DNA of 55,786 nt from Catajapyx aquilonaris (lineage: Eukaryota): assembly GCA_000934665.2 (NCBI GenBank), contig KZ538656.1:1-55786 (forward strand), given 5' to 3'. The translations under genes were made by a program, and so were the position numbers. The notes beneath the pieces are model-generated. The model did no database searches, had not been told where the DNA came from, and worked only from the letters and a program-made list of their open reading frames with translations. This document shows positions 32,705 through 46,636 of the stretch, piece after piece; the first letter of the stretch is position 1; every line of letters starts with the position of its first letter.

Positions 32705-35700
32705 ATGACGTGGGCCAGCAAAAGGATATTTTCGGTCCTCCTTTTGGGCGCTTCTTGGGCAGGTTTGGTCCATCAACCTGCAATAACTGAAGCACTTCCA
32801 CTGCAGCAACCACCCACTTCGTGGACAGACCTAAGAGGACCCACAGGTCGTGCCATTGGTAACCACCAGCCAAGAGGAAGGGCCGGTGACCATGGTGGTG
32901 ACCCATTGTTGTTTCCGGACCACCCAAGTTGGATTCAGCAACAGAGCCAGAAAGAGTTTGCTGGTGCAACAGCCTTTGTCCATTCTGTGGGACAGAAGAA
33001 CTCCACAGCCACTGTCGCTGTTTCACAGGTAACCTACCCCATTACCGGTGGTACCGTTGACTAATCGGCCTCCAAAAATTGAGGCAATAAATTTATCACA
33101 TCGTTATAGTGATAAAGAACAACGTACACCAAAGTTCCGTTAGCAATCTTTGATAACATGCTTCCGCCATTTTTTGTGTAGTGATGATGATAACGTTGAC
33201 AGCTAGAAGTGTACTAAGGACATTTCCGACTAGAAACCATAAGCCAATTCCTGGAGTTTCAGGAAGTCGAGCTTCTATCTAAAAGGAAGTGCCAACAGGA
33301 GGTGACGCCACTTTGGCCACATTTGACAAATTTACACTTAATTAGAGAACTGCGTAATATACCAGTAGGCTACACTAGTCACAATGCACCAGTGAAGATA
33401 AGTTTAGGTCATTAGCTGGGAAGTACGAAACATAATAGGCAAATTCTTGTAAATTAAAGAAAGACAGTAAAAGTGAATGGTGCCATGAATTTATTTCAGC
33501 CATCAAATGCGTGTGAACTGCTGCATTTTTCAGTAATGTAGTGTGCTAATTAAATAGTGCTCATTGTCAGTAAATACATGTACTCCAGCAGTAGTTTGTT
33601 ACACTGGTTATGGTGGCGATTTTTAACTGCAATATGTATAGGCTATACATTATGATAAGAAACAGCAATGTGTTCACGAACCCAATGAAGCTACTCCAGA
33701 ATTGGCTCATAAAACCTAAAAATAATGTCAATAAATTGTTCCAAAGATGATGGCAACTCATATGATGGCCTCTAAAAATGGATAGTCGACCTGTGTCTGT
33801 ACAATGTAACTTTGGTGGGTCCCTGGCAACATGTTGATTAGCTTTTAAGCTCAAGCTTATTTTGGCACCAGACACGTGTTAGAGACGTCATTTTTTTTGC
33901 TAAACTTGACACACCCCCACATTGAAGATTGAAATCAAGGGAAGCCGCCTTTTTTTTCCTCGCAATTTTTCCCGCCAATTTGACACCTGCGACGACACTT
34001 TTGTCCCGGACTATCCGTTTGCAAAACAACCGATTCTAATCCTAGCCACCTCCGTCTGAGAGCCTCAGATGTAAATAGCTGCAGCTCCCAAAAAAAATAT
34101 CTTCGTACATAGGTTGTAATGAGTGCATTCACACCTTTCTGTGAGCGTGACTCACATTCATTTTTTGGTACTAATTAGAATTCCACTGGATGCTAATTGC
34201 TCCTTTTACTTAATTGTCCTCAGGTTGAAGTCAAACAGCCTCGCTTGAACCCGCACATTTTATTATTTACTTAAGAAAATTTTGTTTGTTTCATTTTTTT
34301 TTGTGTATGTCTGGCACTCTTTAAAAGAAGGTCCTGACTGCCAATCAACAAAGAGGCTGAAAGGCCAAATATTGTTCTTGGTCCGACCTGGTCGCGAATG
34401 ATTTGGGAGTCACCACCGAGCACGTGGCGTGACTTAACTTACCTAAATTTAGGGGAGGGCCCACCTTCAAAAGATGAGGGGCGCCTCTTATCCTATTTAT
34501 GTGTCACCCCCTTACCCTTTCCCATGACTAATCTCCACAAGCGTGCGCGTCTTCTATGATTACGAGTCAGATTTTAATCATGTCCCCCTCGGGCCTAGAC
34601 AATTTAGTTTGCATGACCTTGCGATAATTGAATATACATAACTCAAAAAAACGTTGTATCTCCACAAGATTTTAATCCAAAATTATTGGCGGCCCTTATT
34701 AAAACGTGGCTGTTTTTTTTTAAATATAAAATCTGCCAGGTTGTCAAATGAGACCGGACGTGACCCTGTCACTTTAAAATGGCGATGAATTTGCGCTGGG
34801 CTTGGCCAAACCGGAACATTTGGATAGATTTATATCTCCGTTCAGGGTTAGTGGCCTTGATATTGTGTGAAGATACCTTTTCTGGAGCGCATCCCTGGCG
34901 TCATTTTCAAGACGTGTATTTTCGACTCATTTGCAGTTTTTTTTTTTGTAGTAATGTATACGAGGAAATGTTCGGTTTTATAAGAGTGGTTTGCCCACGG
35001 GTTTACCTTTGCCCTCCAGCGTTTGCGACCAAGGTTACTAGGTGCAAAAACTAGCAGAACATATCTTGACAGGAGGGGTATACAGGGAGAATTTAAAATG
35101 GGGGGAGGGGGGGGGGAAACTAGTAGTGTGAGGGATTAATACAGAGGCTCATAAGGGTTGAAATTAATTACATGATTCAACATGAAGTGAAATGGACGTG
35201 GGAAAATCAGGTTAGAGTGTCAAAAATGGGCGTTTCTTTATGGATTTGCATCATTAAGTTAAACGTGTGGGCATAGGCTAGTAATTTCATTACTGTGTGC
35301 GGATTTTAAGGAGCTTATCAGGAAAGCGCTAAAATATGGCCTCCATTCATGAGTTTTGCCTGGAAGTTAGTCTTAAATACTTTGCCAGACATCGGTGGGT
35401 GCCAGGTAAAGTACATGCCAGGATAATGTTGAAATGTCAGGGCTATGTGTCAGTCTGGTGTTCCGGATTTTTCGTAGATGATATCGGGAGTTGAATGCGT
35501 TCGCACCCATGCATAGACAGGTCTCTGGTTCGATCCCAAACTTCAAGTTTGTCTCTCATTTGTGAGCAGTAGGTGGATCTCTGGCATCTCTGCGTAATGA
35601 GAGAATGCACAAAATACAAGTACGGTATCAGCTAGAAGTGCTGCACTAAGCAGAAAAGGCCATTGCCAGTGGGTAATCACCCTTCGTCACAAATGTTAAA

Positions 35701-38700
35701 ACCTCAAGTGTATAGAGTCTGTGGTATTGTTATTCCACCATAATGCTTATGTTGGCTTTTCTTTAGCTAATACTTGCAAAAATAGAAGGAAGCATTATGC
35801 AGTTTTCCTTATTCTGGTACAAGGTCTCCTGAGAACAATACAGTCATAGAGTTATTAAAATGGAGTGGGAGAAGCTGGGGAAACATTGCCTTGGGGAAGA
35901 GGATCTGGCCTTGATCATACATTTAAGCAGTTGTTCAATTGTGCTCATAATGTCTAATCAAGAATTGCTAGTAGTTGGTATTTTCATCAGCAAAATTTAA
36001 TCATAGAAACTGCAGAATCATGTTTTGTGAGATGCTTTTATTCACTTCGCTATATCACATACTGTATGTTGTAATGAGAATGAATTGATTTAACTCTTAC
36101 GTTGTCTCATAAGTTTAGATGGATTAATACTATACGGTAATCGTTACACTGTATGTTAGTCAGTCATATAAAATAATGATCAGGTGATGAAGTGCAAGAA
36201 TTTTCCACCCAACTAGCAGTAGCCTCATTTCCACTACAAAGATTATATTGGGTCCTCCCAGGTGCGAAGAATTGGGGGGAAAGGTGGGGAAGAGCACCAA
36301 TTTGCACAGTGTTCAGTGGCTGTGATGGCAGGTGGACGTGGAGGATGCATTGCCAGGTTAGGGGAAGAAGAGGGTGATAGGTCCTCTATAAGAAGACCAC
36401 CAGCACTCCCCCCAATATTCAACTCCCTGGGTGGCTCTATCACACCCACTGCAACTGCCAACTCCCCAAGATGGTCTCAGGTAGTCTCATAGTTTGTTGA
36501 CGGGCTTGCTTTCTAGAAATAACTTTTACTCTTGCAAAAATTTTGTCAACTTACACTGACTATTGCTTTTTATTGCATTTGAATTCCAATTATGTCATTT
36601 AGTAAAAGTAATTTTATCAGTTACTTTTCAATGCAACTCATAGAGTTGAAAACTTGTTATTATTATTATTGACAACCACAATACTTGATGAAAGCAAACC
36701 CATCAACTTTGGCAGGTATATAGAACCCCCTTTAAACAAAGTAACCAGCCTAAGGCCTCCTAATATTAACAGTTGAACCTGTGTCTAACGCTGGTAATTA
36801 ACACACCTTTTTATTCCCTGTATTGGTATGATGTGTCACATGTTAACATGTTAGTTACATTCTTACAGTGTAGTGTAGACCTAACTAATGGTTACTCACA
36901 TGCAGCATATTTCACTGTACTGATGTAGTTAATTCTTACAGACAATTCCACTTGATGTGGTACGCAAGCTGAATGCCATTGAGAACCTGACTCAGCTCTT
37001 CCAGATGTTCAGCAACAATCAGCCTGAATTTACACCAGAATCATTTCTGCAGGAAGATCAGAGTTTGCAAGGTAAGTGTCACATTTTACCAGACGCATTC
37101 ATGATTGCTATTGCAAATATGAGCTTATGGGGTTTGGCTTTTTTCACATTTTCAAGCACCTTTTTTTTTACTCCCTACACATCTTTCTGCTGATTTTCAG
37201 TCCATTTATTTTGTTATGTGTTATTTTATGATGGATGTGTTATTAGAAGGTTCAGATGCTAATACTCATAAGAAAATTAGTATCAGTCATATACACCCAA
37301 TATAATTGTTGTGGAGTTTGAATATTTGAAATGTCAATTTGAGACAAGATTTACAAGTTAGTTCTGGTTTGCAACATTTCTGCACTTATAATGCTAAAAA
37401 AAGTTCAAAGTAGCAAAACACCTGCCAGCACCTGCAGTGCTTGTATTATTGTGAATTTATTGAATTACTGTGAAACTGGGTGAATAAAAAGGATGCAAGG
37501 GTGAATAGGGACAAGTTGCAAAATGTGTCTATTATTGGCATATTTAAAAATTGAAAGCTATCAAAAAAGGGTTTTTGCAGGAGTGAAGAGAAGTCCTTTC
37601 TCTATACACTGCTATATTGGCATAATTGTTTGAAAAATTATTTATGTTTATATTGGCATGAGGAGAATCAGCTGTAATTTTGGTGTCATTTTAATAGCCT
37701 ACAAACTGTTTGTTGATTCAATCAGGTGGTTAAGCTGATAGCTTTACTGAATACACAGTGGAATTCATTGGTGTTGGGTGCGTAGATTGAGATCCCTAAA
37801 CTTTAAATTGTTGATCTTTAAAAATCCATATATATTATTAATATTAATATTAATATTAATATTAATATTAATATAATAATTTTTGGGAACTTGCGGTGGG
37901 TGAATAGGGACAAAATCAAGTTTACTAGTTTTAATGGACCATCATTATTATTAAAAGTCAGATTAACACTAGTTGCTGTTATGATTGTTTATTGATAATG
38001 AATTTTCATTTGGGAAACTATTTTTTGTTGTATTATGTCCATTCTAGACTGGACCTGTAGCCTGAAATAGTTGGCCTATGACATTTTTATAATGCAATTT
38101 TGAATAAAACTACCAAAGATAATAATAATTTGCAACAATTTTTGGCCATCAAACATTTCTTTAAAAACTAAAATATCTCCAGTAGCATGTTGAAAAGGGG
38201 ACTTAATGGCCAGTTTCACCCAGCAGGTTATATTATAAATCTAAATTTCTCTTTGGAAAATCCATACTTTGGATTGTTGTCAACAATGGTTGCTATGACA
38301 ATTCTTGTTATAACTGAGGTTTTAAATTATAACCGGGTCGGTGAAACTTGAGAGCCTCTCTAGGTGAAACCCAGCATAACATGGAAAAACAACAGGTGGA
38401 TTTTAAAAATATGCATGTAACAGGTTTACAGGGAGTGAAAAAGTTATGTGATGAAAGTATAATAATTTTTAAAATTTCAATTACACAATAACAGCACTCA
38501 CAAAAAAACAAATGTTTCTATTTACCCAATTTTACAGTAGCTACTAAACTAGTGACAAGATTAGAGTGAAAATTATATTCGGTACTTTTCCGTTTGCTGA
38601 TACCCATTATGAATATTTTCTGGAACATGCCTACCCTTTATTGATATACTCCATGGAAAGTGCAGTCAGTGTTGACACTGTTAACTACTCCATGAAAATG

Positions 38701-40245
38701 TGAAAGGTGGGATTGTTGACTATAACAAAGGGTAGGCCTGTTCCAGAAAATATGCATAGTGGGTATCAGCAAATGGAAAAGTACCTTATATTCTTGCTTA
38801 TAACCAAGGGTATTTTCCAGTGGCATAGGCGGGGGGTTGAAACCCCCCATCCCCCCCTTGGACCCAAAAAATATAGTTCCAATCCACAATTTTAAGGTGT
38901 TAAAACGCACATGCGCAAATATTGTAGCTTGTGTGAGGTTGAACAGCATAAACAAATTTCGCCTGCGCCGGCCCTTTTCCGTTCTTTCCTCACATAACCC
39001 CCCCCACCCCTTACAAATTTCCTGGCTGCGCTGCTGGCATTTTCCATATAAAGAGATGCGTACTCAGACAGTTGTTATTTTTATCTTTACATTCCATAAG
39101 GTTAGAGTGTGTTTGTTCATGTCATTATTTTCATTATCATCAAACTCATCATACCCTTTGCGTGTACCTGACCAGTCACCATAGGTTTGTCATGTCTGGT
39201 CAAACAAGATGGCAAGGTGTTGTGTACATTACGTCATTGCTGGCTACCCCATGCTTGGGACAATGCCTTGAAGAAATGAGTGAATGAATTAAAACATTCC
39301 ATTAGGATAGATAATTACATCAATATCACTTTCTGTTACTCTATTTGGGTCCCTGCCTTTTTCTAGATTCATGGGTCTCACAGCGGAGGATAAACCACAC
39401 CAAGCCTCGAACACTCAAGAATTTTGTGCTAGGTAGTAAAAGTTGTAGTGATATATTTGTCTGGCTTGTCAGTGTTCTTTTTGTTGTAGTTCATGCAGTA
39501 GTAGCAGTAGTTAGAGAGGTAGTGTAGATGTACAGTGTCTGAACCATCTTGACTCACATCCCAAGTTTCAGTTTTTTTTGTTGTTGTTGTTGCTGTTGAT
39601 CTGGAAGACCACACTGGAATATATTTTTAAACCTTTTACGCTTCTTATGCTTGCATTATGAAGGGGCATGGAGTGCTTTTTGGGCTATTACATGTCTGTT
39701 GAAAGTAACTGTGTGCATGTTTCTTATGGTTTTGCAATGCCTTTAACATGTTTCTGCCACTACATTAAGTGCATGTAACAAAATTAATATTTAATAAGAC
39801 TAATACAAAGGTGGAACCAGTAGTGTCAACCATTTATAGCTAACAAGGCACATTATGTACTTCAAGCAGCCAATAAGGTGAAGACGACTCATATGAGAGT
39901 CCCACAAGTGCAGTGGAAAACTGCTAAGCCTCTGATCTAATGCAAATATACACTAGCAGCTTGGCATGCAGTGCTTCAAATTCACATTTGAATAGAGGCA
40001 TGGCATTTTTTCCCCATCAAACTCGTTGGATCCCTGAAGCGTAAATTTGTCTTCTTATTTATGGCCGCAATAATACATTATTTTTATATAAGGTACCATA
40101 TATGTTTTGTCAGAGTAGTCCAACGCTGTCAGCAAAATATTCCCTTAACAATTGCAAAATATGATAGCTGCTAGTGACAGTCAAATGTTTTTGTTGCTGT
40201 CCAGAGTAAGTTATGTAGACCTCTTTGAAAAATCTGAGATGGTGC

Positions 40246-40315
<70 letters not shown>

Positions 40316-43300
40316 GATACCCCGTGATAGGCCTTGGGCCTCTTAGGGGATCTTCATTTCGTGAACCGACTTTAATCATTGCCTGCCCTGTGATGGATTT
40401 TGATAGTGGGAGGAAACGGGAGAACCCCGAGAAAACCCACGCGAACACAGAGAGAACCCATCGAAACTCTATCCACTGTCCTCTGTCCGATCCGGGGATC
40501 GAACTCGGGACCTTAGAGGTGTAAGGCTGCGGCGCTAACCACTTCGCCACCGTGTTGCCTGTGAGAAAACAGTATTGTTGGAAGCGAAAATCGATTGTTA
40601 CTTTCACCTCAAACAATATTGGTTACCTCGCTCAGCAACGACTTCGCTCTGCTTCGCGCGTCAAATTGCTCACATGTAAACACACATTAATACACTGTAA
40701 GAGCAAAAGAATGCTACCAAATAAGGTAGGGATTCTGTAGGGCATCTATTTTGCTTATCTATTTCAGTTACAAGAATATTCAAGGTGATATTAATTTTTG
40801 ATCCTGCTTCAATTTCATTTCCATTTTCATCTCATGTTTCAAATAAGATTCATCGGGTGTGAACAATTATTAGAAGCATTGATCTGCTTATTTGGAAATG
40901 TTTGCTTCTGACAGCTAAGGATAGCACTGGCATAATAAGCATAATATATTATGGCATCAATTTTATTGAAATTTTATTTGTTCTTCACAGATTTTCATTA
41001 ATGTTAATTTTATCTTTTCAGAACGATTTGGAGATGTTGAACGAAGTAAGTCCACTCTATCACTCCTAGTTTTCATGTCATTCAGATTTCGATTGTCTGG
41101 ACATGTCTTAGTCCTGTTTAATCAGGATAATAATTGAGACTCTACCATATAAGACAACACTATATGTGATATTTGGCTCTCTACTGTGGCTATACGTAGA
41201 CCTTGAGTTTTATTTTATATGGAACTGTCATATTTTGTCCATGGAATATTCAGCCTACTTGAGAATATGAATTAAGAAATTGTTAAATAATTGTTAGCAT
41301 TAAAATTCACTCTGCTGACCTGTTGAAGTATTTTTACACATTGATAGAGAGTATATTGCATGGCCAAATTATTTTTGGCCTTTTCTTCTGACCAACTCTG
41401 CTTATTTCCAGAGGCAGTGCCATTTGCAAAGCCAGCCACATGCTCTCCCGAACTGCAAACAGTGGAGTTTGAGAAGCCATCAGATCCTACGATGTCCTAC
41501 TACCCATCATGCACCAGGGTAGAGCGTTGTGGAGGGTGCTGCTCACATGAGCTACTCTCATGCCAGCCTATCGAGACAGAGATGGCGTATTTTCAGGTGA
41601 GAAAAAAATTTATGGATTTTTTAAGCAGTTGGGTGAACAATACACTTTATGAAACATGATGCATTTTGTGATGTAATTTTTGTGTGTGAAAGCATTGTTA
41701 ATTTTTCTGACTGCAACACATAACAGCATTGTATTTGGTGTGCGAATCACATGTTTTCATTTATTTTCGTTTAATAATCCAGATACTGGTAGGATTTCCC
41801 ACCAGCGGGGCATATCACATGGACCTTCATTTTCCTGTGTATGGTTGGAACTTTTTTATATAACTCCAAGACCCAGGAGTGAAGGAGGCAGGTGGGAAGG
41901 GAGATTCAAGGGCTGTGTCGACACTGGCTTTTCAATGAGTTCCTCTTGTGGTGCAGTGATTTTGTTCATTCTGCAATATGTTATGCCATAAAGAAAGTGT
42001 TATGTTACAAATGAATTGCTTCACACATATTCACTATGTTCTAAATATGCCTACTACTAATATATTGTCCTAATTTTTTCAGGTAATCAAGTGGCAGTAT
42101 GTTGGAGGCACAAAGCTGGAGCACCGTGGAAAGGAGCTGCTCAAGCTAGAGAGGCATAAGACATGTCGGTGTGGATGCAAAGTCAAAGAGCAGGTACTCT
42201 TGGTAATATGTCCATAGAATTGTATGGGGATACAATGTTGAGAACAGATGCCTTTATTTAATGATGTTGAACTCTCTTTTGCATCAAAATGGTTCAAGTT
42301 TTGAGAATGTCACAAGATAATTTGGGCAGTTCATTTTCACTATATCTAATTCTAATAATAAAGGTATTTCAATTGACATAGTGAAAATGGCAGTTTTGGG
42401 CATCATTATGAAGACCTCGGAGGAAGAACGATCAAGGTCCCCTTTTTGTCAAAAATGAGTTACATATCTCAGAAGATACTTTCACTAATGTAGAATATGA
42501 TGGTTTGTTGGTGGTTGTGGAGTAATGATCATAGGTCACTATGGAAGCCACGAAAGTGGGATTTACCATGGAACCTTATGGGCCTTCAAAATTTAAAATT
42601 GGAATATCTCAGTTTCACATGAGGTGGACCTTGATCATTCTTTCCCCGAGGTCTTCATTTGTCTTAATTTTGGCTTCTTGCTGAATCTGCCTTTTCTTTC
42701 TTTGTAGGATTGCAACCGATTTCAGCGTTACGATGAAAGTGATTGCTCCTGTGTGTGTACGAATCAGGATGATGTATTCAAGTGTTATGCAGAGAACAAG
42801 ACGAAGTTTTGGGATGCACGGGACTGCTTGTGCAAGTGCAGAGAACAGGGAGACTGCACCACAGGAACTTATTTTGACCAGAATACATGCAGGTTAGAAA
42901 AACTCATGTACAGGAAGTACCCGTTTTACGCTGGTAATTGGTTCCAGCAAAACGCTGCGTAAAGTGAATCAGCGTAAAACGAGACAAAAATATAATGGAA
43001 GTAAATGAAATAGGTTCGAAAATTGCCAAAATTTTCCCATAGACAGCACTAATCTTGCTGTTTTTAATGCTGAATATTTGAAACATTTATCTCACACCTA
43101 CGGGAGGTTCCCGGAGGTTCCAGGTTGGGGGTCACTCTGGGGTCACTGAGTTCTGAGGGGTTCTTTTCCCTTCTTTGGCAACAATTGCAGTATGCTTAGG
43201 GTATTTACCAATGGTTAGAGTACTTCGGGGAGTGTGGAGACCAGCCCACGGACACTACCCCTACGTTCTGGGCTTATCACCTGCCGAGGGGTTTTGCAGT

Positions 43301-46300
43301 GGGTGCTCACTTGAGAGCGCCATGCACTTCCCAGAGCATTTATGTGGCGACCCTACCGGACTAGGCTGAACTTTTAGGTACGAAAGGGAAGCGCTACATG
43401 CTGGCCCAACATGGCCGCTGCTCTGGGAAATGTCTCATGGCGCTCTCAAGTGAGCACCCACTGCAAAACCCCTCGGCAGGGGGTGGGTGGGGAGTGACCT
43501 AACGTGAGTCTTCTATAACCATGGTGGAGACCAACAATATGGTACTGTATATAATTGATATACCCGTCCACAAGGCACCACTTAAATTTTTTTTTTTAAA
43601 TAGTCTTTGCTGTCTTGTGGTTGGACTCAGAGTGTTGCGGTGATGTGTGTATGCTTTGTGTTGCTATCTTCAAATATTTCAAAAATTTTGATTTAAAATT
43701 TTCAAACGAAATTTTCAAACGGCCGTTAATGTGAAATGGCGTAAAATGGACCGGCATAAAACGGGTACTTCCTGTACATAATTTTAATGAAAATATTTTT
43801 ATTAACGTGATATCCTAAAGGTATGATTACCAATGTGTATACTTATTATGATGGCCAACCGACATACTCTTGGTTTGTGATTACTCAACCTCACTCTTTT
43901 GCCAGTCATTATACGCGAGATTAAGTCATTATGGTTTTGAGAGGAGGGAACAGGGTATCGTTATCAGGGGCCTTACTTGCATACCACAAAAAAGTAATGA
44001 ACTAGGTGTGTGATTAGGTATTTGAAGGCTACTCCCAGAAAATTGTGGAGTAAATGACTTAGGTGACTTGTGTTTGGTGCAACCTTTAAATTCCAGAAAA
44101 TAATGAGTTTGCTGACCCCTCCCCCTTCAACACAACAGACGCACAAGTCTGAAGTATTTGTGGAGACAACAAGTATTGGAATTTATGGAATGAGTGGAGA
44201 TGTTGTGTGCGAGGAGCTATGGGAATAATGTTTTGCTGGCAAAGAATGTGCACACTGACAGGATTTCCAAATGGCGTCAGACGCATAATGCAAATTTTAT
44301 CAACATGTTTGTAACAATCCTTGAGGTTGGCTTCAAAAGGAAGAGAGAGAACCAAGTCCTATGTGATTTGCCATGCATCAGAGCCATGTTTTGCAGAGGT
44401 GCTCATAACAAAATCATATGAAAATGGGCAACTGTTTTTTTTTTTACAATATGAATTCTGAAGTTGTAAAAGTTCAGCAGTGAAAGTTGCGCAACTTTAA
44501 AAATGAAAATGGCCACAGAGGGATTTTTCAAGAACTACATTTTAATATTATTCTAGAAATATTATTGTAGAAGACACATAATTATTATTAGAGTTGCATA
44601 TCGCTCACTAAAATGGACATTAAATGAAAGTGATGATTACATCTTTCTGCTTCTCCCCAGTAAAGATGTAGGTTGTGGCAAACTGGTCTCGTTCAACATA
44701 GAACATCTGACATAGGGTTTCTCGCCTTTAAAAAGTAATCAATACACTCACCTCAAATTTCGTCCCATTTTAAATTTCGTATTACATACTCATGCTCACA
44801 TTATTTCATTGGCCTACATTATTCTGTGCTCCATGTGATGGATTTAGTGTACTTGTGCTTCAGTACAAGTTTTGCTATACAGTGACAGAAGCAGTGTATC
44901 TGAGAAGCCATGCCATTGGAAGTTTTACCAGAAAGGTTTTCTGGTTGACAATATTATTTCACATCCTGCTATAAATCACAAACTTTGACATCAGTCACCA
45001 GAGTAGGTATTCATGTTATTTTGGGGATGTCCTTTGACATGTCATTTCTAACATGACAATTCACTCTATATGGGAAAAAAACTTGTATCCTAATGATATG
45101 CAACCATCGGCATATATTTTTTCTGGGGGGTGGGATTCACCTTTCTAGAGTGATTAAGTCATACCCATGCCTTCTGTTGGAAAATGTTTCTTTTCCAGCC
45201 AAGGTAATAATCAAAACAATAATATCGGTAGCCATTTCCATGATGCTGGTGAGTGACTGAGTGAGGTGTTGCTGGTCTTTCAAATTGTTTATTTGCTGCT
45301 CACAGCATCAATACACAAAGTAAGACTTTTTCATCAGGAAAAATAAAAATCCTGGTTAACATATTGTTATGTTGATTATGGGCTCTGTGTAGAGATCTCC
45401 AAAAAAAAATGCAAGAATCACTCTCTCTCCATGAATGTGTCAACAACCACTTTTTTTTTTCCAAATAAGTTATTGGTAATCGGACATCCATTGAGACAAG
45501 GGAGACTGGGCATGTGTTCAAGGCTTCAGGGTGCACAATCTCAAGATAGCGAAGTATGTTTCATCAGGGAAAGCCAGGCTTGAGTGATTCCCTCCAATGA
45601 TTGTTTAATGAACCACGTCACAACTTTTTGAAAACTCCAGTCTGTGACTGGCAGAGAGCCAGGTCATCAGCTTTACCTGAGTGGTTGGCTACTTCATGTG
45701 AGAGGAATGCACTCAATAAGTAGTCGGTATGGTCCCAGCAGGACAGGCTAAGTAATGGGGCTGATTACAAGACGAAGATAACATGTGAAGAGACTTTGTG
45801 AGCTCAACTTGCACTATTCAAAAGCAGAGCAACAACAGGGTCAACAAGTGCATTATGCATAAGTTGCCTTACTCAGCTATGAACTCCATTTCTGTCAATG
45901 GCATGAACATATTGGGTTTTTGCTACCGAATCTACAGTTCTAGTAGTGAAGTGCATTGAATTTAATGTACACTTAACTAATTTGAAATGCTACTTTTCTA
46001 AAAATGCGTTAACAGCATTTACAGACATTTCTTAGCATCACAGAAGGAAATGATCATTTCCATTGATAGAGACTGGAATATAAGTTCCAAAAAAAAATTT
46101 AAGAAAAGGTCTAATATAATATGCTGCATAAAAACCTCTCAATTTCTAAAAACTTATGTAAGACCACAAAATAATTATGATCCTTTAGTTCAGGAAGAAA
46201 TTACTTCTTTAGCCTTGGGTGGGCTACAACATTATGTTTTGTTAAGGGGATCTTTCTTTATGTTTGTACCAGTAGTAGGGTAGTGCAGTATACTCGTACA

Positions 46301-46636
46301 CAGTATAATTATATTTAATGTAATTTTTTCATTATTTTCAGCTGCATCCTAAGGCCTCATTTTCAAAGCAACAAGGCAGAAAAATTTGACTTCCAGTCCC
46401 GCAACAAAGAAGCTGGACGACTTCATTACAGCATCTCAGAACAAGAGGAACCTTGGCAATTAGCTACAACAATAGCACCAACTGGCGCAGCACTAAGGCC
46501 ACAGTTTCCAGCAAATCGGAACCGCAGGAGGCGCCGCAGAAGGAACCAGAGAAACCGTAACAAGCAGAACAACCAGCAGAGCTCTCCGACACAATTGCCT
46601 GTTGGCCAAAGGTCAGAAATGTCCAGTCAGGAATAG
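32705..46636 (+). CDS. Pvf: PDGF/VEGF-related factor (PVF); exons 32705-33028, 36942-37071, [39367-39432 possible cassette], 41022-41045, 41412-41596, 42083-42193, 42708-42892, 46342-46636 (417 aa, 439 aa with cassette)
   Basis: Signal peptide MTWASKRIFSVLLLGASWAG; IPLDVVRKLN motif typical of insect PVFs; cystine knot CSPELQTV...PSCTRVERCGGCCSHELLSCQP...HKTCRCGC; CX10CXC-type Cys-rich repeats; all GT-AG phases consistent. Confidence 0.9.
37837..37875. repeat. (TAATAT)n microsatellite
   Basis: Tandem ATTAAT/TAATAT hexamers. Confidence 0.85.
38818..39036. mobile_element. hAT-like MITE
   Basis: CAGTGGCATAG...CTGGCTGCGCTGCTG termini; 8-bp TSD GTATTTTC / GCATTTTC (one mismatch). Confidence 0.7.
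40248..40560 (-). mobile_element. Well-preserved tRNA-derived SINE with V-SINE core and (ATT)n tail
   Basis: A box TGGCGAAGTGG, B box GAGTTCGATCCCC, core CGCGTGGGTTTTCTCGGGGTTCTCCCGTTTCCTCCCAC, 3' stem-loop and long (ATT)n. Confidence 0.88.
42410..42656. mobile_element. MITE (superfamily uncertain)
   Basis: GAAGACCTCGGAGGAAGAACGATCAAGGTCC / GGACCTTGATCATTCTTTCCCCGAGGTCTTC inverted termini. Confidence 0.75.
42911..43774. mobile_element. TA-flanked non-autonomous DNA transposon with a nested inverted-repeat element (~43280-43482)
   Basis: TA|CAGGAAGTACCCGTTTTA...TAAAACGGGTACTTCCTG|TA; inner CCTGCCGAGGGGTTTTGCAGTGGGTGCTCACTTGAGAGCGCCATG and its reverse complement. Confidence 0.78.
45200..45900 (-). 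mobile_element. Possible ancient non-LTR retrotransposon RT remnant
   Basis: Scattered frameshifted motifs on the minus strand in RT order: SP-LL, KADDLAL (YADD-like, ~45675-45655), then a YLG/VVVD-like stretch. Confidence 0.3.

Noticed and set aside
40225..40616. Poly-Asn and poly-Leu ORFs (also poly-Ile at 19006 and poly-Cys at 30301)
   Set aside because: Translations of trinucleotide microsatellites and SINE tails.
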